64,000 nt of DNA from Terriglobia bacterium (GTDB lineage Bacteria > Acidobacteriota > Terriglobia > Acidiferrales > UBA7541), in NCBI GenBank assembly GCA_963695545.1, contig OY968796.1, positions 3,712,001 through 3,776,000 on the forward strand. The letters are read 5' to 3'. Position 1 is the first letter of the stretch. Each line of letters opens with the position of its first letter. Position numbers and translations under genes: made by a program. Shown here in pieces: positions 31,209-39,701 of this stretch. Under the pieces are notes generated by a model. The model was not told the DNA's origin. It did no database searches and saw only the letters and a program-made list of their open reading frames with translations.

Positions 31209-31832
31209 ATGTCTTTCGATTGGGAACAACTCCTCGCGACGGTCGGAGGACAAGCTGCAGTGTTGGCGGCTGTCGGCTACCTGATCAAGACTCTACTTTC
31301 AAGCCGCCTGGAACGCGAATCGGACGCGTTTAAAGCGGAACTCAAACGGAGCGCTGACGTTGAAATCGAGCGCTTGAGAAGCAGCCTCCAGATGGAGGCG
31401 CTGGAACATCGCGTTCGCTTCTCGAAACTCCACGAGCAACGAGTGGATGTTATCTCCCGTCTGTCTACAGAAATCGAGGAAGTTCCGGCTGCAGTGCAGA
31501 TTTTCGTGCTGAATGTTAAACAGCCCGCAGCCCTCGAAGTAGCACGAGATCGTACGTTCGAGCTATTCAGACTCAGCCGCCTAAACCGCACAATTCTGCC
31601 GGCATCTGTATGCGCGATGTTGGAACAGTACTCGAGAAAACTAATGCATATCGTCTCGTTTGTCTCGGTGTACTGGACTGCCGTAGAGAACCCGACTCCA
31701 GAAACCGTAACCAAGCGAAACGAAATCATGTTGGACGCCGTCTCCGCGCTGGAGGGAGATATCCCGGCGCTCAAAGAGAAGTTGATCGTCGAATTCCGTA
31801 CGCTCTTGGCGGGAGAAAACGCCAAGACCTAA
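31209..31832 (+). CDS. hypothetical protein with N-terminal hydrophobic helix and coiled coil
   Basis: open frame with atypical, lower-GC codon usage; no recognised motif; alternative GTG start at 31191. Confidence 0.6.
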   Translation: MSFDWEQLLATVGGQAAVLAAVGYLIKTLLSSRLERESDAFKAELKRSADVEIERLRSSLQMEALEHRVRFSKLHEQRVDVISRLSTEIEEVPAAVQIFVLNVKQPAALEVARDRTFELFRLSRLNRTILPASVCAMLEQYSRKLMHIVSFVSVYWTAVENPTPETVTKRNEIMLDAVSALEGDIPALKEKLIVEFRTLLAGENAKT

Positions 31833-31973
31833 CAAGACCACGCCGGCGTCGCGCCAGATTGGCCTCACGAGGCGATTTTGTTTCCGCCTGGCGAACCGGC
31901 GGCGATCGACTCATACGACGCCTTCCCACGATATACTTACGCCCGCACGCAACGATCGCGGAGGCAACCGGAA

Positions 31974-32855
31974 ATGCCGGCCTGGCTTGAAATCGATCGA
32001 TCCTCGTCCCGCACCACGCCCACCGACGACCGCTACGTCCGCGCCCTCGAATCCGGCCAAGTCCTCTTTTTCCCCACTCCTCCCATCGATCTCCCCAACG
32101 CGGACCGCGATTTCCTGGTCGCACAGCGCCGCGGCGATTCCGCCGTCCACAAAAACGTTTCCTTCCGCCCCTCCACCGGCATTCTCCGCGGCTGGTCCGG
32201 CGACCGCGACACCCGCGACCGCCTCTGCGCCGTCCTCGGCGAATTCTCCGCCCGCGCCCGCGCTTTCGTCTGTGCCTTCCTCCCCGCCTACGCCGCCGGC
32301 CTCCAAATGGACTACACCAGCTTCCGCCCCCTCGAAGAAGCAGGCCGCCAATTGCCTCTCCACAAACGCAACGATCTCCTGCACGTTGACGCCTTCCCCA
32401 GCCGCCCCACGCGCGGCGGACGCATCCTGCGCTTCTTCATCAATCTTCATCCCGAAAAAAAACGCGTCTGGAACGTCGGCCAGCCCTTCGACATTCTGGC
32501 GCGGCAATACGCCGCCGACGCCGGCCTCGAAAAAATCGCCGGCAATCGCGGCGGCTCGATCTGGCGCCGTTTCGCCATAGGCCGCGCCCGCTATTCCGCC
32601 TACGACCGCTTCATGCTCCACTTTCACGATTACCTCAAAGAAAATTCCGCCTATCAATCCACCGGCGAAAAAACGCGTCTCGAATTTCCTCCCGGCTCCG
32701 CCTGGCTCGCCTACACCGACGGCGTCCCCCATGCCGTGCTCTCCGGCCAGCACGCCATCGAACAAACCTTCATCATTCCCCCCGCGTCCCTCGTCGCCCC
32801 CGAGCACGCCCCCATCCGCGTCCTCGAATCCCTCGCCGGCCACCCCCTCGCCTAA
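31974..32855 (+). CDS. Kdo hydroxylase family protein (KdoO-like)
   Basis: LLHVDAFPSRPT.G.RILR.F.N, YDRFML.FHD.LK, TD.V.HAVLSGQ; GGAGG RBS upstream. Confidence 0.88.
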   Translation: MPAWLEIDRSSSRTTPTDDRYVRALESGQVLFFPTPPIDLPNADRDFLVAQRRGDSAVHKNVSFRPSTGILRGWSGDRDTRDRLCAVLGEFSARARAFVCAFLPAYAAGLQMDYTSFRPLEEAGRQLPLHKRNDLLHVDAFPSRPTRGGRILRFFINLHPEKKRVWNVGQPFDILARQYAADAGLEKIAGNRGGSIWRRFAIGRARYSAYDRFMLHFHDYLKENSAYQSTGEKTRLEFPPGSAWLAYTDGVPHAVLSGQHAIEQTFIIPPASLVAPEHAPIRVLESLAGHPLA

Positions 32856-33073
32856 GTCATTGCCGAATTAATTTCCGCCCCTCGCTCGTCATCTCTTCGC
32901 GCGTTGCCCTCTCTTAAGGATGGAGGAACTTCAGCCCGTGTAAAAAAACGTCCCTACATTCGTGGCGCCTTAGCCCCCGAAGCGTTCCGCAGTACAGCGG
33001 CCCAGTACCTGTACCGGCATCCCGCGCACCCCTCCGTTCAATGTATTCGAATACAGTAAACATCATTTTCTTG

Positions 33074-33103
33074 TTGACACTCTGGTAAGCAACGTGCTAA
33101 TCT
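33074..33103 (+). promoter_or_regulatory. promoter of repeat-leader/Zn-finger cassette copy 1
   Basis: TTGACA-N18-TAATCT with extended TG; same geometry as copy 2. Confidence 0.75.
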
Positions 33104-33171
33104 CTCGCATGACACACCGGCAATCCATCCCGTTTGACGCCGGCATCCGTCCCGGTTCCTCGTTTTTCGCC

Positions 33172-33301
33172 GCAACGCTTGTGTTTTCAATCGATTCCAA
33201 ACTGCTCGTGCACACATTTCTCGCAACTCACGTATTTACATCGCATTACGAACTGCCTACCCGGGGTACCCCCCCTTATCTCACCTAGAATGGAGCCTCA
33301 C
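33172..33301 (+). repeat. conserved non-coding leader with degenerate GCAA-N12-CA(A/T)-N4-TT(A/C)C units and GGGGTACCCC palindrome
   Basis: aligns with 58872-59061 (minus strand); units at 33172 and 33223. Confidence 0.75.
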
Positions 33302-33814
33302 ATGACCAAGAAAAACGCGAACTCCCGCACCATCCTCAAGTTGTCTCGCTGCCTGCGCCGCTTCCCCAACGGCAGCCGTTGCCGTCTCCCCATCGCCGAC
33401 CAATCCTCCTACTATTGCGAGCGCCACGCCCATCTTTCACAACCCGGCGAAGCTCCTCTCGATCTCTTCCGCGAACTCAGCGCCGACGTCGATGAATTCA
33501 CGTCTGCCTCCGACGTCAATCAATTTCTCTCCAATCTTCTGCGCCTTCTCTCGCAGGATCGCATCTCCCCGCGCCGTGGCGCCGTCCTCGCCTACACCTG
33601 CAATCTCCTCCTCCACACCCTCCGCGCCATCCAGCACGAACTCGAAGCAGCCGATAGCGCCGCGAATCAAACCACACAAATCATCTTTGACATGCCCCGC
33701 CCCGACTGCGAAAGGCAAGCTCCCATGGCGGCGGAGCCCGACTCCGTCCGTCTCGCCCCGGCGAGAGACATTCGCGCGTCCGAGCCCGGAGGAAAATCGA
33801 GTCAATCAGGTTAA
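33302..33814 (+). CDS. hypothetical C-x9-C-x11-C-x2-H (putative Zn-finger) protein, paralog 1
   Basis: strongly similar to 58440..58871; GGAG RBS. Confidence 0.85.
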   Translation: MTKKNANSRTILKLSRCLRRFPNGSRCRLPIADQSSYYCERHAHLSQPGEAPLDLFRELSADVDEFTSASDVNQFLSNLLRLLSQDRISPRRGAVLAYTCNLLLHTLRAIQHELEAADSAANQTTQIIFDMPRPDCERQAPMAAEPDSVRLAPARDIRASEPGGKSSQSG

Positions 33815-33847
33815 GATGTGCCCGCAGATTGAGCGCTTGGAGAAACA

Positions 33848-35200
33848 ATGGCGCGAGAACGACTACTAGTCATCGGAGGCGTGGCGGCCGGAATGAGCGC
33901 GGCGAGCCGCGCTCGCCGCCACGATTCCAATCTCGAAATCGTGGTCCTCGAGCAAGGCTCGGACGTCTCCTACGGCGCGTGCGGACTTCCCTACTACATT
34001 TCCGGCCGCGTAGCCGAGGCGCACGACCTCGTAGTCTACACGGCCGATTTTTTCCGCAAGAATCGCGAGATCGACGTCCGCTTGCGCCACAAAGCCGTCG
34101 GCATCGAACCCGGCCGCCGCGCCGTGCAAGTGGAAGCCGAACACGGCCAAAAACTCGAATTGCATTACGACACCCTAGTGCTCGCGACCGGCGGCGCCGC
34201 GAAGGAAACCGTGCCCGGCTCTGAGCGCGAGAACGTATTCACGTGCGGCGATCTCGCTTCCGCCGTTCGCCTGCGCGATTTTCTCGACGCGAAAAAGCCG
34301 CGCCGCGCCGCAATCATCGGCTCGGGTTACATCGGCCTTGAAATCGCCGATGCCCTCGTATCGCGCGGCCTTGAAGTCACCATCCTCGAGCGCTCGGACG
34401 CCGTAATTGACGGGCTCGAGCCCGAGATCGCCGCCGAAATCGAGCGCGTGCTCGCCACGCACGGCGTCGCTCTTCTGAAACGCGCGCCGGCCAAGCAAAT
34501 CACGGGCTCCGCCGGCGGCGTGGCGACAACCGTGCAGCACGGCTTGGCGGGAACTCTGCCGACGGACCTTGTGATTCTCGCCACCGGAATCCGTCCGCGC
34601 ACGGCGTTAGCGGTAGCGGCTGGAATCGCTCTGGGCCGCACCAGCGCCATCGCCGTGGACGACGCGATGCGCACAAATATCAACGGAATATACGCGGCTG
34701 GCGATTGCACCGAAGTGCAGCACTTGGTTGCAGGCACGGCCGCATATCTTCCCCTCGGCACCACGGCGAATAAGCAAGGCCGCGTCGCCGGAGAAAACGC
34801 CGCCGGCGGACGCGCGCGATTTCCAGGCGTGGTCGGAACGCTCGTGACGCATCTGTTTGAACTTGAGATCGGCAAAACGGGGCTGTCGTTCGAGCAGGCT
34901 CGCGGCTACGGATTCGATGCCGCAACCGTCGCCATCACCACGGTCTCGCGCGCGAAATATTTCGGCGGCAAACCGCTCCTCGCGAAAATCGTGTGGGATA
35001 AACCCACAGGTCGCTTCCTGGGCGCCCAGTTCGCTGGACAAGACGGCGCCGCGAAGCGCGTCGACGCCGCGGCGATGGCCTTGCAAGCGCGAATGCGCGT
35101 AGCCGATCTTTTATATTCCGACCTCGGCTACGCGCCGCCCTTTGCGGGAGTGTGGGAAGCGCTGCTAATCGCCGCGAATGAAGCGATGAAGCAAAAGTAG
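33848..35200 (+). CDS. FAD-dependent pyridine nucleotide-disulfide oxidoreductase (CoA-disulfide reductase/NADH oxidase family)
   Basis: IGGVAAGMSAA, redox Cys in SYGACGLPY, GSGYIGLE, YAPPF. Confidence 0.92.
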   Translation: MARERLLVIGGVAAGMSAASRARRHDSNLEIVVLEQGSDVSYGACGLPYYISGRVAEAHDLVVYTADFFRKNREIDVRLRHKAVGIEPGRRAVQVEAEHGQKLELHYDTLVLATGGAAKETVPGSERENVFTCGDLASAVRLRDFLDAKKPRRAAIIGSGYIGLEIADALVSRGLEVTILERSDAVIDGLEPEIAAEIERVLATHGVALLKRAPAKQITGSAGGVATTVQHGLAGTLPTDLVILATGIRPRTALAVAAGIALGRTSAIAVDDAMRTNINGIYAAGDCTEVQHLVAGTAAYLPLGTTANKQGRVAGENAAGGRARFPGVVGTLVTHLFELEIGKTGLSFEQARGYGFDAATVAITTVSRAKYFGGKPLLAKIVWDKPTGRFLGAQFAGQDGAAKRVDAAAMALQARMRVADLLYSDLGYAPPFAGVWEALLIAANEAMKQK

Positions 35201-35237
35201 CGCGCAGTCCGCCGCGATGCCGACCGCGCGGAGGCAA

Positions 35238-35420
35238 CTAGATTTGATCCCTGAGCCAGGACTCGCGATGTTTCGGGGCCTTGCGCCGCCTGTCGGGGAT
35301 CACGCGCTCGGCCGGAGGCGAGCCGGCGGCCTCTCGGGCTCGCCGGCGCGCTTCCGCGCCAACCGTGAATTTAGGTTTGGTTCGAGCTACTTTGCGCGCG
35401 CTCGGTTTCTTTCGCGCCAT
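35238..35420 (-). CDS. small basic hypothetical protein
   Basis: 60 aa, Lys/Arg-rich, plausible RBS, co-oriented downstream of BCP. Confidence 0.6.
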   Translation of the reverse strand: MARKKPSARKVARTKPKFTVGAEARRRAREAAGSPPAERVIPDRRRKAPKHRESWLRDQI

Positions 35421-35459
35421 GATTCCACTCGGCGTCGGGCTAATCGTTCCGCCCGCGGC

Positions 35460-36068
35460 CTAGTTCGCGCGCGAGAACGCCGGAACGTAGAGCGACGCTG
35501 TTTTTTGCAGATCGGCGAGCGCTGCCAGCACTTGCTGGCTGTGCCCCGTGGGATTAACGGCGATGAATTCTTTGACGATCACGCCCTCAGGATTGATGAT
35601 GAAGGTGTTCCGCGAGGCGTGCACGAAAGTGCCGTTGGTGGCAAGCGAACCGTATTTGGCGGAGACTTCATGCGCGACATCAGCGAGGAGCTTGAAGTTC
35701 AGGCCCTCCTTCGCGCAGAAATCTTTGTGCGAGTCAGACGTATCCACGCTGACGCCGATGACCACGGCGTTGATCTTCGCGTACTGGTCGATGTCGGTCT
35801 GGAAGCTGTGCGCTTCAATCGTGCAGCCGGTGGTGAAATCTTTGGGATAGAAATAGAGCACCACCCACTTGCCGCGAAAATCTTTTAGCGAAGTGGGCGT
35901 GCCGTCCTGCGAATTTAGAGTGAATTCGGGCGCCTTGGTGCCCTCGGCGGGAGGCGCGGCGGTGGGTTGATCGTCGGCGCGAACGACAGCGAAAGCGAAC
36001 AGCAACAGCGCTGCGGACAGCGCCGACAACACAGCGGCTCGTGCGCCGCGGCTTGAAACGTTAGTCAT
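35460..36068 (-). CDS. bcp: peroxiredoxin (BCP/PrxQ) with N-terminal signal peptide
   Basis: VLYFYPKDFTTGCTIEA, R.TFII; hydrophobic leader ending VRA-DD; AGGAG RBS. Confidence 0.9.
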   Translation of the reverse strand: MTNVSSRGARAAVLSALSAALLLFAFAVVRADDQPTAAPPAEGTKAPEFTLNSQDGTPTSLKDFRGKWVVLYFYPKDFTTGCTIEAHSFQTDIDQYAKINAVVIGVSVDTSDSHKDFCAKEGLNFKLLADVAHEVSAKYGSLATNGTFVHASRNTFIINPEGVIVKEFIAVNPTGHSQQVLAALADLQKTASLYVPAFSRAN

Positions 36069-36101
36069 AGAAGTTCTCCTTTGCGCCAATAGTATGGACC
36101 T

Positions 36102-39100
36102 TCACCAGAGCAGTTTCAAACCGAACTGAATCTGGCGCGAGGTCGTGGTGGTCGAGGAGATGACTCCGGCGGTGGGCGAAAGCGCCGTGGCCGATGTGAA
36201 GATCACTGGGTTGGGCTCGTTGAAATTGGCGTGATTCAGAATGTTGAAAAATTCGGCGCGGAATTGCAGCGCCAGCCGCTCTTTGATTGGGAACTTGCGG
36301 TCGATGGAAAAATCGAGCGACGTGAGGCCCGGACCCGTGAGCGAATCGCGCCCGGCGTCGCCGTAAGTGCCAGCGACCGGAGCAGAGTACGCTGCGGGAT
36401 TGAAATATTCGTTGGGCTCGCCGAGGATCTTGGAGCCGGAGAACGACGGATTGATGTTGGACCGCACAGGGTTGCGCGTATCGCCGTCGTTCGTCGGGTT
36501 GTAGCCGAGTTGCGGCGTGAACGGAAAGCCGCTCTGAATGGTCAGGATGCCGCTCGCCGACCAATCTTCGGCGAGGCGATCGAGGAGAGCGTGCGCGGCG
36601 TCTGCGGCTCCGGCCGCATGCTTGAACGGCAGCGCCCATGTGCCATTCAAGACGGCCGAATGCGTGGCGTCGAAAGTAGACCGGCTCCAATCGGCGCTGG
36701 GATCGAGCGGATTCGCCGTGAACGCAGGCGAGCTGGTGGAAATGCTGGTGTTCACGGTGTCGCCGTCGTCCTCGCTTTTTGAATAGGTGTAAACCCCGCG
36801 GAATTGCAGGCCGTGACTGAAATTGCGGCGCAGATCCACTTGCAGCGCGTTGTAAGAGCTGTCGCCTTCGGAGAACCACGACGTGGTGTTGGCCACGGCG
36901 GAATTCGCGAGCGGCGAGCCGGCGGCGATGTATTCGGTTCCCGCGGGGAGCGATGCGCAAGCAGCGACGGCGGAGTCTGGGCAGAAGACCGGAACCGGAA
37001 CGTTGGCGTCGATCGAAAGCAATTCGTGATAGCCGTGCGAGCCGACGTAACCGACGCTGAGCGAGGTGCTGAGCGAAAGTTGCTGCTCGATTTTCAGCGA
37101 GTAGGATTCGACGGTCGGCGTCAAAAGATTTGGCTGAACGCCGGAAGGCGAGATCAGCGCGCCGGCGGGTAACGCGCCGCCCGGCATGATGGGAGTGTCA
37201 CTCGAAAGCGGCTTGCTCTTGATGGTGTACACGGTGTTGTACGGCCCGTTCTGATCGGCGCGATAACTCAAATTATCGAGCAGCGCGTCGTAGACGCCGA
37301 AGCCGCCATCCACCACGGTTTTGTGCGAGCCGAAAGGAGACCAGGAGATTCCCACGCGAGGCTCGGGCAGGAATTTTGCGTTGTTCACCGCGAGCAGAGA
37401 ATTTCCGACCGTGGGAGTGGAATCGATCACGCCGTCGGTGAAATCATAATTCGAGGCGCGGCCGCCCTGTTCGTTCCACCCGTTGGTCGATTCGGCGCGA
37501 AACGCCAGGCGCACTTCGAGATTTGGACGCAGCTTGATCACGTCTTGCGCGTAGTACGCCGCTTCCAGCGAGCGCCAGCCAAGCGGCGTGGGAGTGGGCG
37601 CGACGACGAAACTCGAAACCGTGCCCTGCAGGAAAGTGGTGAGCGAGGTGAACGTCGCCGAGCCGTATTGATCTTGAGCGAGTTCATCGTTGGCCTGAAG
37701 ACGCTCGAACCACACGCCGAGCTCGATCAGATGATTTCCGTGAGTGATCGTCACCTGATCTTCCTCGGTGAACAGATTGCGCACGGCGTGCAGATTGTCT
37801 CCGGCGTTGGTTCCAGCCGAGGTGATTGCCGACGGAGAATTCGGCGCCGTGCTGCCGCCGACGACCACGACGCCAATCGGCTCGCCGGTGACGAAGCCGG
37901 GCAGATCGATGAGCGAATCGCCATTGAAATAAAACGCGGCGCGAGAAAAGCCGACGGTCGCTTTGTTGAGAACGGACGGAGAAAACAAATGCGTTTCGGA
38001 AAGACTCAGCACTTGCTCGCGCAGCGATTCGGTGTCGTAACTGAGCGGATCGGCGGTGGGCGTGTTGTCCGCGCTATCGTCAATTGTGTAGACGATGTCG
38101 GAACTGTCCTTGGCCGAAGACGTGTGGTCCAAACGCGCGGTGCCGAAATCTTCGCGAATGGCCTGCAAAGGATGGCTGAAATCTTCGGCGATGCCGCAAC
38201 CGAGATCGGGTCCATTGGCGACGGGCCAAAGTGCGAGCAGCGGCGCGACGCTTGGGGCGACGCCGACGTGCGTCAGCGATGTAGACGACGTGCTGGGGCA
38301 AGCGGAAGGAACGTAACCCTGCAGCGCTTCGGCGTCGGGAACGAATGTGACGTCGCTCACGCCGAGGTGCTGGCGGAAACCTTCGTAGTTGGCGAAGAAG
38401 AAAGTTTTGTCTTTTTGGATCGGGCCGCCCAGCGCGCCGCCGAAAACGTTGCGCTCGAACGGCGGAATCGCGCCCTGATCGAAAAAGTTGCGCGCGTCGA
38501 GATCGCTGTTGCGCAGAAATTCGTAGACGCTGCCGTGCAGTTCATTCGCGCCGGATTCGGTGACGATGTTCACTTGCGCGCCGGGCCGCTTGCCGTACTC
38601 AGCACCGTACGTGTCGGTGACCACGGCGAATTCGCGCACGCCATCGACGCCCAGCAATTGGCCGCTTGCGCCGCCGGGAGTGTTGTCGATTTCGGATGCG
38701 CCGGTGAATTCGACGCCGTTCAGCAGGAATAGATTTTCCTGCGGCCTGCGGCCCGAGACGGCGAACATGTTGCCGACGACGGAGTTCGATGTGCCGACGG
38801 TGCCAGAGCGCTCGGCGGAATAATTCACGATGCCGGGGTTGAGAGTGATTAACTGATCGTAGCTGCGGCCGTTCAGCGGCAGATCCTTCACTTGTCGCTC
38901 GCCGACCAAACCCGATGGCTCGTCGGTCGATACGCTGACGACAGGATTGGTATCTTGAACTTTTACAACTTGCTGAACCGCGCCGACGGCGAGCGCCACG
39001 GTGACTTCACGGCGCTGGCCGACGACGAGCGTGATGCCCGAGCGGTCTTCAGGCTTGAAGCCCGGCTTCGTGATCGTGACTTCATAGTTGCCGACCGCCA

Positions 39101-39383
39101 GCGCCGGAGCGTCATAACGGCCCGAGCCATCCGTAATGAGATTGCGCGCAACGCCGGTCTCAAGGTCCGTGACCGTGACAGTTGCGCCCGGCACCGCGGC
39201 GCCAGTGGAATCGGTAACCGCGCCCCAGATCGAAGACTCGCCGACCTGGGCGCCCGCGCCCGTGGCCCAGCCGAAAAGCAGCGCCAGGAGAGCGAGCAAA
39301 ACCGCGACAATTTGCAGCTGATCTACTCTTGTTTCTCTGCTGCTGCGACGACTTCCATTGAATCTTATAGTTCTCGCGCTCAT
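36102..39383 (-). CDS. TonB-dependent receptor (Oar-like); start uncertain
   Basis: LPLNGR, AEYGK, LHGSVYEFLRN, C-terminal RQIQFGLKLLW. Confidence 0.93.
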   Translation of the reverse strand: MSARTIRFNGSRRSSRETRVDQLQIVAVLLALLALLFGWATGAGAQVGESSIWGAVTDSTGAAVPGATVTVTDLETGVARNLITDGSGRYDAPALAVGNYEVTITKPGFKPEDRSGITLVVGQRREVTVALAVGAVQQVVKVQDTNPVVSVSTDEPSGLVGERQVKDLPLNGRSYDQLITLNPGIVNYSAERSGTVGTSNSVVGNMFAVSGRRPQENLFLLNGVEFTGASEIDNTPGGASGQLLGVDGVREFAVVTDTYGAEYGKRPGAQVNIVTESGANELHGSVYEFLRNSDLDARNFFDQGAIPPFERNVFGGALGGPIQKDKTFFFANYEGFRQHLGVSDVTFVPDAEALQGYVPSACPSTSSTSLTHVGVAPSVAPLLALWPVANGPDLGCGIAEDFSHPLQAIREDFGTARLDHTSSAKDSSDIVYTIDDSADNTPTADPLSYDTESLREQVLSLSETHLFSPSVLNKATVGFSRAAFYFNGDSLIDLPGFVTGEPIGVVVVGGSTAPNSPSAITSAGTNAGDNLHAVRNLFTEEDQVTITHGNHLIELGVWFERLQANDELAQDQYGSATFTSLTTFLQGTVSSFVVAPTPTPLGWRSLEAAYYAQDVIKLRPNLEVRLAFRAESTNGWNEQGGRASNYDFTDGVIDSTPTVGNSLLAVNNAKFLPEPRVGISWSPFGSHKTVVDGGFGVYDALLDNLSYRADQNGPYNTVYTIKSKPLSSDTPIMPGGALPAGALISPSGVQPNLLTPTVESYSLKIEQQLSLSTSLSVGYVGSHGYHELLSIDANVPVPVFCPDSAVAACASLPAGTEYIAAGSPLANSAVANTTSWFSEGDSSYNALQVDLRRNFSHGLQFRGVYTYSKSEDDGDTVNTSISTSSPAFTANPLDPSADWSRSTFDATHSAVLNGTWALPFKHAAGAADAAHALLDRLAEDWSASGILTIQSGFPFTPQLGYNPTNDGDTRNPVRSNINPSFSGSKILGEPNEYFNPAAYSAPVAGTYGDAGRDSLTGPGLTSLDFSIDRKFPIKERLALQFRAEFFNILNHANFNEPNPVIFTSATALSPTAGVISSTTTTSRQIQFGLKLLW

Positions 39384-39501
39384 GATCCCCGGTCTCCTTG
39401 GGCGTCCGTAGCGCACACGTTCGAGTGTGCGGATCGTTACAGCTTGGCTTTTGGTTTGCGGCAGGCCCTTGGGGTCTGCCAACTTCGGACGGACTACTTA
39501 A

Positions 39502-39588
39502 CTAGAGGAGACAACGACAACAGCAACAACAACAGGCCGAGGTTGCCTGCCGGAGAGAAGAAACGCGGGAAGTGGATATACGTATCAT
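39502..39588 (-). CDS. poly-cysteine leader peptide MIRISTSRVSSLRQATSACCCCCCRCLL
   Basis: 28-aa ORF with 7 Cys codons (6 consecutive) between a consensus-like promoter and the TBDR gene. Confidence 0.82.
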   Translation of the reverse strand: MIRISTSRVSSLRQATSACCCCCCRCLL

Positions 39589-39607
39589 CGCAGCAATCTA
39601 CAAAATA

Positions 39608-39636
39608 ATTTTACGGAGCGTCGAAGTTGTAGTCAA
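39608..39636 (-). promoter_or_regulatory. sigma70-type promoter upstream of poly-Cys leader
   Basis: TTGACT-N17-TAAAAT. Confidence 0.75.
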
Positions 39637-39701
39637 CCGATATTTCGGGCGCTCCATCGCGAGGTGAAAATGTCCGGACAGGAGATCACAAATTCAAACT
39701 G

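Noticed and set aside
34000..36000. Replication origin or terminus at the skew and gene-orientation switch
   Set aside because: No DnaA-box cluster or dif site seen; the skew is confounded with gene strand
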